A stretch of DNA of 49,593 bases from Candidatus Parcubacteria bacterium (lineage in GTDB: Bacteria; Patescibacteriota; Patescibacteriia; Patescibacteriales; UBA12075). Numbering within the stretch: the stretch's first letter is position 1; every line of letters begins with the position of its first letter. Under the pieces are notes generated by a model. It was given only the letters and a program-made list of their open reading frames with translations, searched no databases and was not told the DNA's origin. The stretch covers positions 1 through 49,593 of the forward strand of contig PKTK01000011.1 of the NCBI GenBank assembly GCA_002869165.1, given 5' to 3'. The translations under genes were made by a program, and so were the position numbers. Positions 31,238 through 38,945 of this stretch are shown here, in pieces.

Positions 31238-31310
31238 GTAATTGTCCTTTTTATAATTATTTTTTAAAAAAAAGAAGCCGTCTGTTTCATTTCAAACGGC
31301 TCTGACATAG

Positions 31311-31637
31311 CTAATTTTTACTATGTTCAAATTTTTTGACAAATTTATGGATTGTTCTCAGCACTAACCAGATAAAAATGATTACCGCAACTACAACAAC
31401 AAATCCAACAAATCCATTTTTTAGAAAAGAACCGAACAATCCCGATTTATACAAGTCCCAAGCACCTATACACGGTAGACATATCATACCTAAAGATATG
31501 ACTGTCATAATTCCCCCGCCTATTGGTCCCCAGTTATTATCCAAGAATGCTCCCTTATAAAAAAGTCCATACAGCATTGCCCATCCACAGATAAAAAAGG
31601 CTACACCAAAGAATATTGCTACTATCTCTCCAGACAT
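31311..31637 (-). CDS. Cassette 6: three-TM membrane protein in reverse orientation
   Basis: GGAGGG RBS, TTGACT -35 at 31720-31725, hairpin downstream; cassette ends GTTAGACG/CGTCTAAC. Confidence 0.75.
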   Translation of the reverse strand: MSGEIVAIFFGVAFFICGWAMLYGLFYKGAFLDNNWGPIGGGIMTVISLGMICLPCIGAWDLYKSGLFGSFLKNGFVGFVVVVAVIIFIWLVLRTIHKFVKKFEHSKN

Positions 31638-31803
31638 GTTATACCCTCCATTTAAGAAAATAAATTTGTCAAAAAATTAGTTTCTACTGTTGGCCTAGTA
31701 TTACATATTATTTAACATCAGTCAACACTAACAAAAACATATTTTAACACGAAAAAATAATTATAAAAATGACAACTCTGCGCTATCGCTTGCCCTTCGG
31801 GAC

Positions 31804-31942
31804 GTCTAACACTCGATATCTGGTTACATATTTTTTCCAATTAATTAATAAGGAACAAAAAAATACTCCACCCAAATTTGTGATATAATTATTAAACTTA
31901 ATAAGGAATATCCCAAACTTCAGATATCGAGAAACGTTCAGC
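31804..31942 (+). repeat. attC-like site 6
   Basis: CTCGATATCTG/CAGATATCGAG stem, CCCAAA, AATAAGGA loops, AAAC-GTT at 31936. Confidence 0.85.
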
Positions 31943-32143
31943 GAAATCGTGCGCCCTCGCTATCGCTCAGTGCTCCGCTTCCGCTAAACGGCTGCGGTCC
32001 CCGAGTTCGGCATTATCGTTTCACTTGCCCTTCGGTCAAGCGCCTCGACAACGCCGAACTCGGCATATACGAAATGTCCAGCCTCAGTCTTCGCTCCGCT
32101 CAGCCTGCGTCTGGCCACTTCGCATATACCGCAGCCGTTGTAT
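31936..32143 (+). repeat. ORF-less cassette 7 plus a GC-rich second-type site; first 140 bp duplicated at 33286-33425
   Basis: GTTCAGCG..CGCTAAAC; AAC-GGCTGCGGT...ACCGCAGCC-GTT perfect stem; CCGAGTTCGGC/GCCGAACTCGG hairpin; copies differ at 4 of 140 positions. Confidence 0.85.
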
Positions 32144-32244
32144 GAAATAGTGACTCAATCAATCTATTTTAAGTACTTGCATATATAGGATTTTTGTGCT
32201 AATTTAACTTGAATTTCATTGATTTCGTCACTACAACACACAAC
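32137..32244 (+). promoter_or_regulatory. Cassette 8: ORF-less cassette with a putative sigma70 promoter
   Basis: TAGTGAC/GTCACTA terminal repeats; TTGCAT(32177)-17-TAATTT(32200) with extended TG. Confidence 0.5.
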
Positions 32245-32797
32245 ATGTGATATGAGACTACGAGTGATGATAAATTTGTTTTTGTTCTTAATATAAAAAT
32301 TAAAAAATCAGAGTTGTGTTAACCATTAATAACAAGGAGAATTATTATGAGTGTATTAGAGCTGAGTCTGGATTTCATGATAGCCGCTAACATCTTAGAT
32401 GAATTTGAGCTAATCATTGACAAAAATGTTGGTAAAAAATATGGAGAAATCTTAGTTTTCGAATATGAGGCTGGTAGATATGCACCTGAAAAATTTTGTC
32501 GCTATGCATTGATGGAGCAAAAAGCGGAAGGGAAAATCCCTCCTGATGTTAATGCATATCACATTGTCGAACTAACATGGATTAATGCAAAAACAAACAT
32601 GATAGCATTCCAACCACTAATTCTTTAAATGCTCACGGTGTAAACTAGTAACAAAGTTTACACCCAATTCTGATTTTTTAATTAACATCAAGGAAAAAAC
32701 AAAAAATAAATTCATCATCCCTCTCCGTCCAAATTTTACAGATAATAATAAAATTAATAAGTTATCTGTAAAACTTCTCATATCACTCTAGTTGTAC
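32238..32797 (+). repeat. attC-like site 8, expanded to ~560 bp with a gene inside hairpin A
   Basis: GTGATATGAG/CTCATATCAC outer stem; arms AATTAAAAAATCAGA/TCTGATTTTTTAATT flank ORF 32347..32628; TCCAAA TTTTACAGATAA/TTATCTGTAAAA CTT. Confidence 0.8.
32347..32628 (+). CDS. Hypothetical protein (93 aa) nested in attC-like site 8
   Basis: AAGGAG RBS; followed by hairpin GGTGTAAACT/AGTTTACACC. Confidence 0.75.
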   Translation: MSVLELSLDFMIAANILDEFELIIDKNVGKKYGEILVFEYEAGRYAPEKFCRYALMEQKAEGKIPPDVNAYHIVELTWINAKTNMIAFQPLIL

Positions 32798-32894
32798 GAA
32801 ATAGCCCTTCTCATTTCTACGAAAGCAATGTTCGTGGCAAAAAAAAGAAGCCCTTGCAAATCTAATAGAAATGCGAAGGGCTACATCGTACAAC
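32791..32894 (+). other. Cassette 9: ORF-less 104-bp cassette
   Basis: GTTGTACGAAATAGCCCTTCTCATTTCTA ... TAGAAATGCGAAGGGCTACATCGTACAAC. Confidence 0.75.
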
Positions 32895-32947
32895 ATGTGA
32901 TATCTGGTTCCAGAAGTGAAAAGTTTTATTTTATTCTTTTAAAGAAA

Positions 32948-32978
32948 AAAGTCATTACTATATTTCAGTAATGACTTT
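32948..32978 (-). terminator. Intrinsic terminator of the tRNA-like RNA
   Basis: 12-bp stem AAAGTCATTACT/AGTAATGACTTT followed by a T-run on the minus strand. Confidence 0.75.
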
Positions 32979-32987
32979 AACACGGGA

Positions 32988-33122
32988 CGCGCTGCATTGG
33001 ACTCGAACCAAAGGTTAAATATCCTAACACGTTATGCTTATGCAATATGTGTGCACCCACTTACACAGTTCACAACACGTATCATTGGTATTCGACCTGC
33101 TCCCTCACTAAGCTAACAGCAC
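32988..33122 (-). ncRNA. tRNA-like RNA (135 nt) with a long hairpin replacing the anticodon arm
   Basis: Acceptor GTGCTGT/GCAGCGC, TA-GCTT-AGTGAGG-GAGC D-arm, TTGG-TTCGAGT-CCAA T-arm; extended GGTCGAATA/TATTTAACC stem. Confidence 0.7.
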
Positions 33123-33155
33123 GTTATAATCTGAATGAACATTTTAATTGATAAA

Positions 33156-33183
33156 ATAGTAACATAAATTTCACACTTGTCAA
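33156..33183 (-). promoter_or_regulatory. Sigma70 promoter for the tRNA-like RNA
   Basis: TTGACA-16-TACTAT with extended TG. Confidence 0.65.
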
Positions 33184-33285
33184 TAACACCATGAAATAAA
33201 ATAAAACTTTTCACTTCTTACTCCCAAATTTTTGAAAAATAATTAATCTTAATAAGGAGTTTCAAAAACTTCAGATATCACCCTA

Positions 33286-33425
33286 GTTCAGCGAAATCGT
33301 GCGCCCTCGCTATCGCTCGATGCTCCGCTTCCGCTGAACGGCTGCGGTCCCCGAGTTCGGCATTATCGTGTCACTTGCCCTTCGGTCAAGCGCCTCGACA
33401 ACGCCGAACTCGGCATATACGAAAT
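33286..33425 (+). repeat. Cassette 10: second copy of the ORF-less GC-rich unit, truncated at CATATACGAAAT
   Basis: 136 of 140 bases identical to 31936-32075. Confidence 0.85.
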
Positions 33426-33516
33426 AATAAAAAACATTTTCCATTCGGAAAATAATTATTTTGTTAATTTATAAAAAAAGAGTTCCATGATTTTTCCTTC
33501 ATGAAACCCTATGGTG

Positions 33517-33753
33517 CTAACTTGTATAAAAGGGGCAGTCACCAAACTCCAAGATATCGTCCGATTTTTTATTGGACGCATTACAGACGTCGAGATTGGA
33601 TACTTTTTTAAAATGCCTACATAATGGTTTACTCAGACCAGATTTATAAATCTTCACGATAACGTTTTCTGCTTCTGGCAAAACTTTACCATTATTCTTG
33701 TCCACTCCTTTACAATTCACCTTATGCGTTCCTATGATTTCATCACGTACCAT
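33517..33753 (-). CDS. Cassette 11: small Cys-containing protein in reverse orientation with its own promoter
   Basis: AGGAGG RBS; TTGACA(33873)-17-TAGTAT(33850); four Cys. Confidence 0.75.
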   Translation of the reverse strand: MVRDEIIGTHKVNCKGVDKNNGKVLPEAENVIVKIYKSGLSKPLCRHFKKVSNLDVCNASNKKSDDILEFGDCPFYTS

Positions 33754-33901
33754 TCTTACAACCTCCTTTTTTTATAAATTAACAATATAATTTTGAAATT
33801 GCTATTACCTATTTAAACATTTATACTGAAAAGACCGATGTCATATACTACAATATTTAAATTAATCTGTCAAGGCGCAATTTCTAGTTTTTTACTACAT
33901 A

Positions 33902-34019
33902 ACATAACACCACGATATACGGTTCGGTCTCCTATCGGAAACCTCTCCCAAATTTATGATATAATTAATTATACTTAATAAGGTATATCATAAACTTCGT
34001 ATATCGGGAAACGTTATAC
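33902..34019 (+). repeat. attC-like site 11
   Basis: CGATATACG/CGTATATCG stem, CCCAAA TTTATGATATA/TATATCATAAA CTT, AAAC-GTT at 34013. Confidence 0.85.
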
Positions 34020-34161
34020 GCAATTCAAAAAATATTTTCTTTTAATTAGGTTTTTGATAGGCAATTAATGAGAATTTAAATTTGATTTTTTAATTAATTA
34101 TAAAGGGGGAAAGTTGAGTTCCTTCACTGGTGTTCAGGAGACAATTTAATTTTAAATATTT

Positions 34162-35112
34162 ATGAATTATAAAAAATATTTCTCTGATAATAATCTCATA
34201 GAAAATAAGAATATCCCTAATTCTGTGTGGCTAGATTACGTAAAAAATGGCATTTACCCAGTTAGAGGTTTGGTATTTTTCTATTTTTTTATACTCATTT
34301 TAATGCTGTCTTTTTTTATTATTCCGTCATTGAATATTTATCAAAAAATAAAAATTGAATTTCTTGGAGATGATTTCACTTTATTTGTTTACATTGCTAT
34401 TTCATCATTGTTATTCCTGATACTCTTTTTTAAATATTTTAATAAAAAAGGTGATTACTGGAGAAAGGTTCCTATTAATAATTGGTTTAGATCATGGAGA
34501 ATTTATAATTTTTTAGAATATTTAGAAAAAGAAAATATTTCAAATATTGGGCTATTTGATAAACAAAAAAACATTTTTCAAATAAATTCATTCAAAAATA
34601 CTGGAGTTATTACAATAGACTACATTATTGATTTAGGGCTACTTGCCACAGCAGACAGAAAATCGCCCATTAATTACACATTTCGGACTAATAAAGAAGT
34701 TGAAGCAGGTTATGAATATTCTCATTTTTTTAAACTATCTTTTGAAAGTTATATTTTTAGAAAACTAAAAAATACAATATATTTTTATGGCAATAATCGA
34801 AGTACTTTTAGTAGATATCTATTTTTAGAAACAATTAAAGACAAGGGTAATGTTTTTTTAAAAAATGATGATGAAAACACCGGGGTCAATAAATTGCTTT
34901 ACGATATTAAAAAATTAATACAAGATTACCCAAACTTAAAAGGAGAAATATTGATTGACAACACAAGTGTAGTGGTTAAATTTTATGACAACTATAGACA
35001 CTTCACTATGCTCAACACTGACGGGAAACAGTATTTTGATTTTTTGAAAAATAAAAATAATTTGTTTGAAAGTTTTGAAGGTTGTGAAAAATTATTAAAC
35101 ATTTTGAGCTAG
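34162..35112 (+). CDS. Cassette 12: membrane-anchored hypothetical protein (two TM helices)
   Basis: 316-aa ORF; flanking sequences resemble those of cassette 1. Confidence 0.75.
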   Translation: MNYKKYFSDNNLIENKNIPNSVWLDYVKNGIYPVRGLVFFYFFILILMLSFFIIPSLNIYQKIKIEFLGDDFTLFVYIAISSLLFLILFFKYFNKKGDYWRKVPINNWFRSWRIYNFLEYLEKENISNIGLFDKQKNIFQINSFKNTGVITIDYIIDLGLLATADRKSPINYTFRTNKEVEAGYEYSHFFKLSFESYIFRKLKNTIYFYGNNRSTFSRYLFLETIKDKGNVFLKNDDENTGVNKLLYDIKKLIQDYPNLKGEILIDNTSVVVKFYDNYRHFTMLNTDGKQYFDFLKNKNNLFESFEGCEKLLNILS

Positions 35113-35201
35113 CTATTATTTTTATTAAAACAAAAAATAAAACTTTCTCTACAATTATTTAACATTTAATATATTTAGCAACGCGATAAAAAACTTACAT
35201 C

Positions 35202-35343
35202 GCACAACAAACGATATACGGCTACAGAAAAATTCCTTTATTAATTAACACCAAGGAGTAAACTTTTCTTCCGACCCAAATTATAAAAATGAACATTAAT
35301 TTAATAAGGTATTTTTAGAACTTCGTATATCTACTTATTGTAT
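35202..35343 (+). repeat. attC-like site 12, degenerate end of the array
   Basis: GATATACG/CGTATATC stem and CCCAAA present, but terminal GTT is replaced by ATT (35337). Confidence 0.75.
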
Positions 35344-35392
35344 TAAATAATTAAATACCTTTTTTTAAAAATCACATTTTAAACAAATATTT

Positions 35393-36046
35393 ATGTCTAT
35401 GAAAAAATTTCATTACCAAGACGCTATCAAATTTTGTTGGGAACGCATGAAAGAAAACTTTTGGTTTTTCTTTGGCTCCTTAATGACAATTGGCTTGGTT
35501 AGTTGGATCTCTGAGGATGTTGACAAGCTTAGTGAAAACAACCCTTCTTTTGATTTGACCATCTTGAGTATCTTACTATTAATGTTGATGCTAATATTAG
35601 ATCTAGGCATGATGAATATTTCTCTAAAAATTCATGACAAAAAAGAGGTGACTTATACAGATCTATTCAATCTATACCCTAGAATATTAAAATACTTTTT
35701 AACCAATCTTCTATACTTTTTAATTGTATTCGGAGGTTTATTGCTTTTTATAGTTCCGGGAATAATTTGGGCCATCAAATTTCAATTTTGTAGTTATTTG
35801 ATTGCTGACAAAAACTTGGGGCCAATTGAAGCTCTGAAGGAAAGCTCTAGATTAACCAGAGACGCCAAAATGGATCTTTTCTTCTTTGGTTTTATTGTTT
35901 TTATTGTAGTCTTAGCTGGGGCTTTGTGTTTAGTAATTGGTTTGTTCTTTGCTATACCAACTGTCATGGTAGCTTATGCATATGTTTTTAGAAAATTACA
36001 AGAAAATAAAATAGAAATAATCAAAGAACCTGAATCAAAAAAATAA
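35393..36046 (+). CDS. Integral membrane protein, DUF975-like
   Basis: GLLLFIVPGIIWAIKF...EALKESSRLT...K.DLF pattern. Confidence 0.75.
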   Translation: MSMKKFHYQDAIKFCWERMKENFWFFFGSLMTIGLVSWISEDVDKLSENNPSFDLTILSILLLMLMLILDLGMMNISLKIHDKKEVTYTDLFNLYPRILKYFLTNLLYFLIVFGGLLLFIVPGIIWAIKFQFCSYLIADKNLGPIEALKESSRLTRDAKMDLFFFGFIVFIVVLAGALCLVIGLFFAIPTVMVAYAYVFRKLQENKIEIIKEPESKK

Positions 36047-36346
36047 ATGAAGAAAGAATATATTTATATCAGTATTATTATTTTAGCTTTCATTGCTTTA
36101 ATGGCTATTAGCATAAAAAATCTAAAAACTTCTACCCAAAGTCATAACCAAAATATTTCAAGTGAAGAAATATTTTTAGACAAAGAACAAGAGCTTATTG
36201 ATAGTAACTGTGACTTTTCAATTGATAAAATATGGCAAGGAAAAACAAACAATGCAAAAATTTGCAAAAATTTAATTCCCAAATGTACACAAGAAGAATT
36301 TTTTTATAATAATATTTGCGGTTGCGGTTGTATAAATATTGAATAA
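36047..36346 (+). CDS. Small membrane-anchored protein with a Cys-rich C-terminus (CGCGC)
   Basis: N-terminal TM helix; start abuts the upstream stop. Confidence 0.65.
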   Translation: MKKEYIYISIIILAFIALMAISIKNLKTSTQSHNQNISSEEIFLDKEQELIDSNCDFSIDKIWQGKTNNAKICKNLIPKCTQEEFFYNNICGCGCINIE

Positions 36347-36575
36347 AGGAGGAAGGATGGATTATAAAATAAATATTTTTATAATCAAAAAAATTCTAGC
36401 CACTAAACTCTTTAAAGTAAGCGACAATAACAGAAATGTAAAAAGAATAGAAACGCTTCTAAACACTCGTCCTAGATTAAAGCCAAGTTCCAAAGACCAG
36501 AGACTTGGAATCAATGATGCTCTACTTGATGAAATTGACAGTGTCTATTGCGCTAATTTCAAAAACCGACGATAA
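36339..36575 (+). CDS. Hypothetical protein
   Basis: AGGAGG RBS before the internal ATG; terminator hairpin at 36561-36590. Confidence 0.4.
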   Translation: MNKGGRMDYKINIFIIKKILATKLFKVSDNNRNVKRIETLLNTRPRLKPSSKDQRLGINDALLDEIDSVYCANFKNRR

Positions 36576-36631
36576 ACAGTCGGTTTTTTTATATTGACAT
36601 TTTAAGAAAAATAAGCTAATATTAAAATAAT

Positions 36632-36780
36632 AAACCCAGGCAATAATAGATTACCAGAACGAAAAACCCCAATGATATTGTTAGAGAAAAGGTCGCCAGA
36701 CCAGCTAGTCTTTGTCAAAAAGACACCTTTCTCTTTCAGAAGCGAATTCTAGTGTACATCTATTCCCTTGCCTGGTTTTT
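36632..36780 (+). ncRNA. Candidate rod-like (6S-like) ncRNA 1
   Basis: TTGACA-17-TAATAT promoter at 36594-36622; CCAGGCAA/TTGCCTGG, AATAGAT/ATCTATT and AGAGAAAAGGT/ACCTTTCTCT stems around a bubble. Confidence 0.45.
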
Positions 36781-36818
36781 CTATTCCAAAAAAATATGCT
36801 ATAATATACTTATAACAT

Positions 36819-36947
36819 AAACCGGATATAAACACGATACTCACTAAGACGATTTTCCATTAGTTGAAGGGACAGCCCCAGTCCAGTCTTTAAATAGACC
36901 ACTTCTTCGCTAGCGAATCTTCAGTGTATAGTTTATTATCCGGTTTT
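36819..36947 (+). ncRNA. Candidate rod-like ncRNA 2
   Basis: TGCTATAAT extended -10 at 36797-36805; AAACCGGATA/TATCCGGTTT closing stem and nested pairing; T-rich end. Confidence 0.4.
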
Positions 36948-37106
36948 TCTTTTACTTAATATTATTTTTTTCATCTATAAAATTTTGAAATAACCCTCAC
37001 CCCAACCCTCTCCCAAAGGAAGAGGGAGAAATAAAAAAAAGTGGGTGCTTCTTTTCTTTGTTATATGATATGTTTTACGTGATATGTGTTATGTGTTATG
37101 TGAATT

Positions 37107-38387
37107 TTATATGTCATCCATTTCATCAAGACTTAGCTTAATAGTCTTTTCTCCATCCTTGTGAAATATTTTTAGTTCTATTTCTTCTCCTGGGCTATAT
37201 TTTCCAATTACTTGAGCCAAAGGATTGCTTTCATTTATTTTCTCACCATTTACTTCTAAGATTATATCATTCTCAACCAAACCTGCTTTATCAGCTGGAC
37301 TACCTGGCACAACAGCCAAATCACTTCTTTCTTCTCCGCGAACTATCAAGGCACCATAATCATAATCTAAATTATTCTCACTGGCTATTTCTTCGTTAAG
37401 CATCACATATCTCACCCCAAGCCAAGGTCTAACTATTTTCCCATGAGTTTTTACACTTTCTAGAATATTATTAACTGAATTTACAGGCAAGGCAAAACCA
37501 ATATTTTCAGCATCAGCTGCAATTGCCGTATTTATGCCTATCACTTGCCCACTGAGATTGAGTAAGGGCCCTCCTGAGTTACCTGGATTGATAGACGCAT
37601 CTGTTTGAATCACATCTACTAACTCCTCGCTCATCCTTCCTATACCTCCAGCTGTAACGTTCCTAGCTAAACCAGAAACTATCCCAGTTGAAACAGTATT
37701 GGAAAATTCTCCCAAAGAATTTCCGATTGCAACTACACTTTTACCAACCTTCAAATTGTCACTATCCCCAAGTTCAATAAAAGGAAAACTATCACCTTCA
37801 ATCTTTAAAATTGCCAAATCATTATAATAATCTCGAGCCAAAACATTGGCTTCATGTTTGTCTTGATTATTCATCAGTACTGTATAGTCAGCATCTCTAT
37901 CGCTAACTACATGTTTATTGGTTATAATATAACCATCTTCTGACACTAAAAAACCTGTTCCACCACCAACCTCTTGAGTTTCTGTTCCGTTTTGCCTGTA
38001 GCTTGGAGTACGGAAAAAATCTCCAAAACCGCTTCCAAAGAATTCTTCAAACAAACTATCTCCAAAATCCGAATCATCATAATATCTTTCTATTACCGGC
38101 AAATCTTTGGTAACTATTATGCTAACAACAGCTGGACTGGCTTTTTCTACAACTGAAATTGTGGCTGACTCCTCATCAACTACGCGAGTAATACTTTCTG
38201 AATTATTTATTTTGTTTGCCAAATGAATATCTGCATTTGGAATAATCTTATTTACAATTTTCTCAAACTTAGAATTATCTTGCATAAAAACAACGCTGGC
38301 TGCAAATCCCATAAGACCGCCCATCATAGAACTAATTAAAAAAGTAAGAATAAAAAAGAAGATTAAAATTTTGTGATTTTTGCTCAT
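37107..38387 (-). CDS. htrA: HtrA/DegP-family serine protease with one PDZ domain
   Basis: TM anchor, TNKHVV, DLAILK, QTDASINPGNSGGPL, PDZ (RPWLGV...GSPADKAGL). Confidence 0.95.
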   Translation of the reverse strand: MSKNHKILIFFFILTFLISSMMGGLMGFAASVVFMQDNSKFEKIVNKIIPNADIHLANKINNSESITRVVDEESATISVVEKASPAVVSIIVTKDLPVIERYYDDSDFGDSLFEEFFGSGFGDFFRTPSYRQNGTETQEVGGGTGFLVSEDGYIITNKHVVSDRDADYTVLMNNQDKHEANVLARDYYNDLAILKIEGDSFPFIELGDSDNLKVGKSVVAIGNSLGEFSNTVSTGIVSGLARNVTAGGIGRMSEELVDVIQTDASINPGNSGGPLLNLSGQVIGINTAIAADAENIGFALPVNSVNNILESVKTHGKIVRPWLGVRYVMLNEEIASENNLDYDYGALIVRGEERSDLAVVPGSPADKAGLVENDIILEVNGEKINESNPLAQVIGKYSPGEEIELKIFHKDGEKTIKLSLDEMDDI

Positions 38388-38643
38388 ATATTTTTCTTAA
38401 TTTTTATCTTTCTTTTATTATTACGTATTAATTTGAGATTTATTTCATTTCCTCATCTTTATCGTTCCTACCTGTCCCATATTATTGCGCAGGCTAAGGT
38501 AGGGGTCGAATTTTAGTATTCACGAGATTCCCTTCCCCTACGCTTCGCTTCGGCCCCCGCAATAAGACGGGGCAGACGGGAATGACAGAAAATTTTAGAG
38601 GATAATAAAAACAGTGTTACTAAACACTGTTTTTTTATATTTT

Positions 38644-38943
38644 TTAAAATCTATATAATTTCTTTTCAAAATCAACAATCTTTTTATTTTTAATTCTAAG
38701 CCCTTCACCTTCAAGCATTTTTATCTTCTTTTTTGAGCCTTCTGCAAAGCCTCCAATACTACCATCACTTTTTACTACTCGATGACATGGAACTTTTGGA
38801 GCATAGGGATTTTTATTCAGTGCGTTTCCAACTGCTCGACTTGCCTTGGGATTGCCAATGGCTTTGGCTAATTCTTGATAGCTAGTAACTCTACCTTTAG
38901 GAACACCTCTTAACTTTTCATAAACCAAATTGCTAAAAGACAT
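38644..38943 (-). CDS. Methylated-DNA-protein-cysteine methyltransferase (MGMT) family, C-terminal domain only
   Basis: VPKGRVTSYQELA, RAVGNAL, active-site PCHRV. Confidence 0.9.
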   Translation of the reverse strand: MSFSNLVYEKLRGVPKGRVTSYQELAKAIGNPKASRAVGNALNKNPYAPKVPCHRVVKSDGSIGGFAEGSKKKIKMLEGEGLRIKNKKIVDFEKKLYRF

Positions 38944-38945
38944 TT

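Larger units (their letters stand above)
32888..33292 (+). repeat. attC-like site 9, expanded to ~405 bp with an RNA transcription unit inside hairpin A
   Basis: GTGATATCTG/CAGATATCAC stem; perfect 24-bp arms 32912-32935/33195-33218; CCCAAA; GTT at 33286. Confidence 0.82.
26378..35343 (+). mobile_element. Integron-like gene cassette array, about 12 cassettes
   Basis: Cassette starts GTTnnnnG(A/C/T)AAT at 26378, 28080, 29065, 30034, 30631, 31231, 31936, 32137, 32791, 33286, 34013 (plus aberrant about 33414); most match a complementary ...AAC at the same cassette's end. Confidence 0.88.

Noticed and set aside
32988-33122. Canonical tRNA or tmRNA call
   Set aside because: No 5-bp stem with a 7-nt anticodon loop, no variable loop, no G3-U70 pair, and far shorter than tmRNA; kept only as tRNA-like.
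27942-35343. CRISPR or simple REP interpretation of the inter-gene repeats
   Set aside because: Sites conserve structure rather than sequence, and cassette-specific GTT/AAC complementarity next to a recombinase fits cassettes better.
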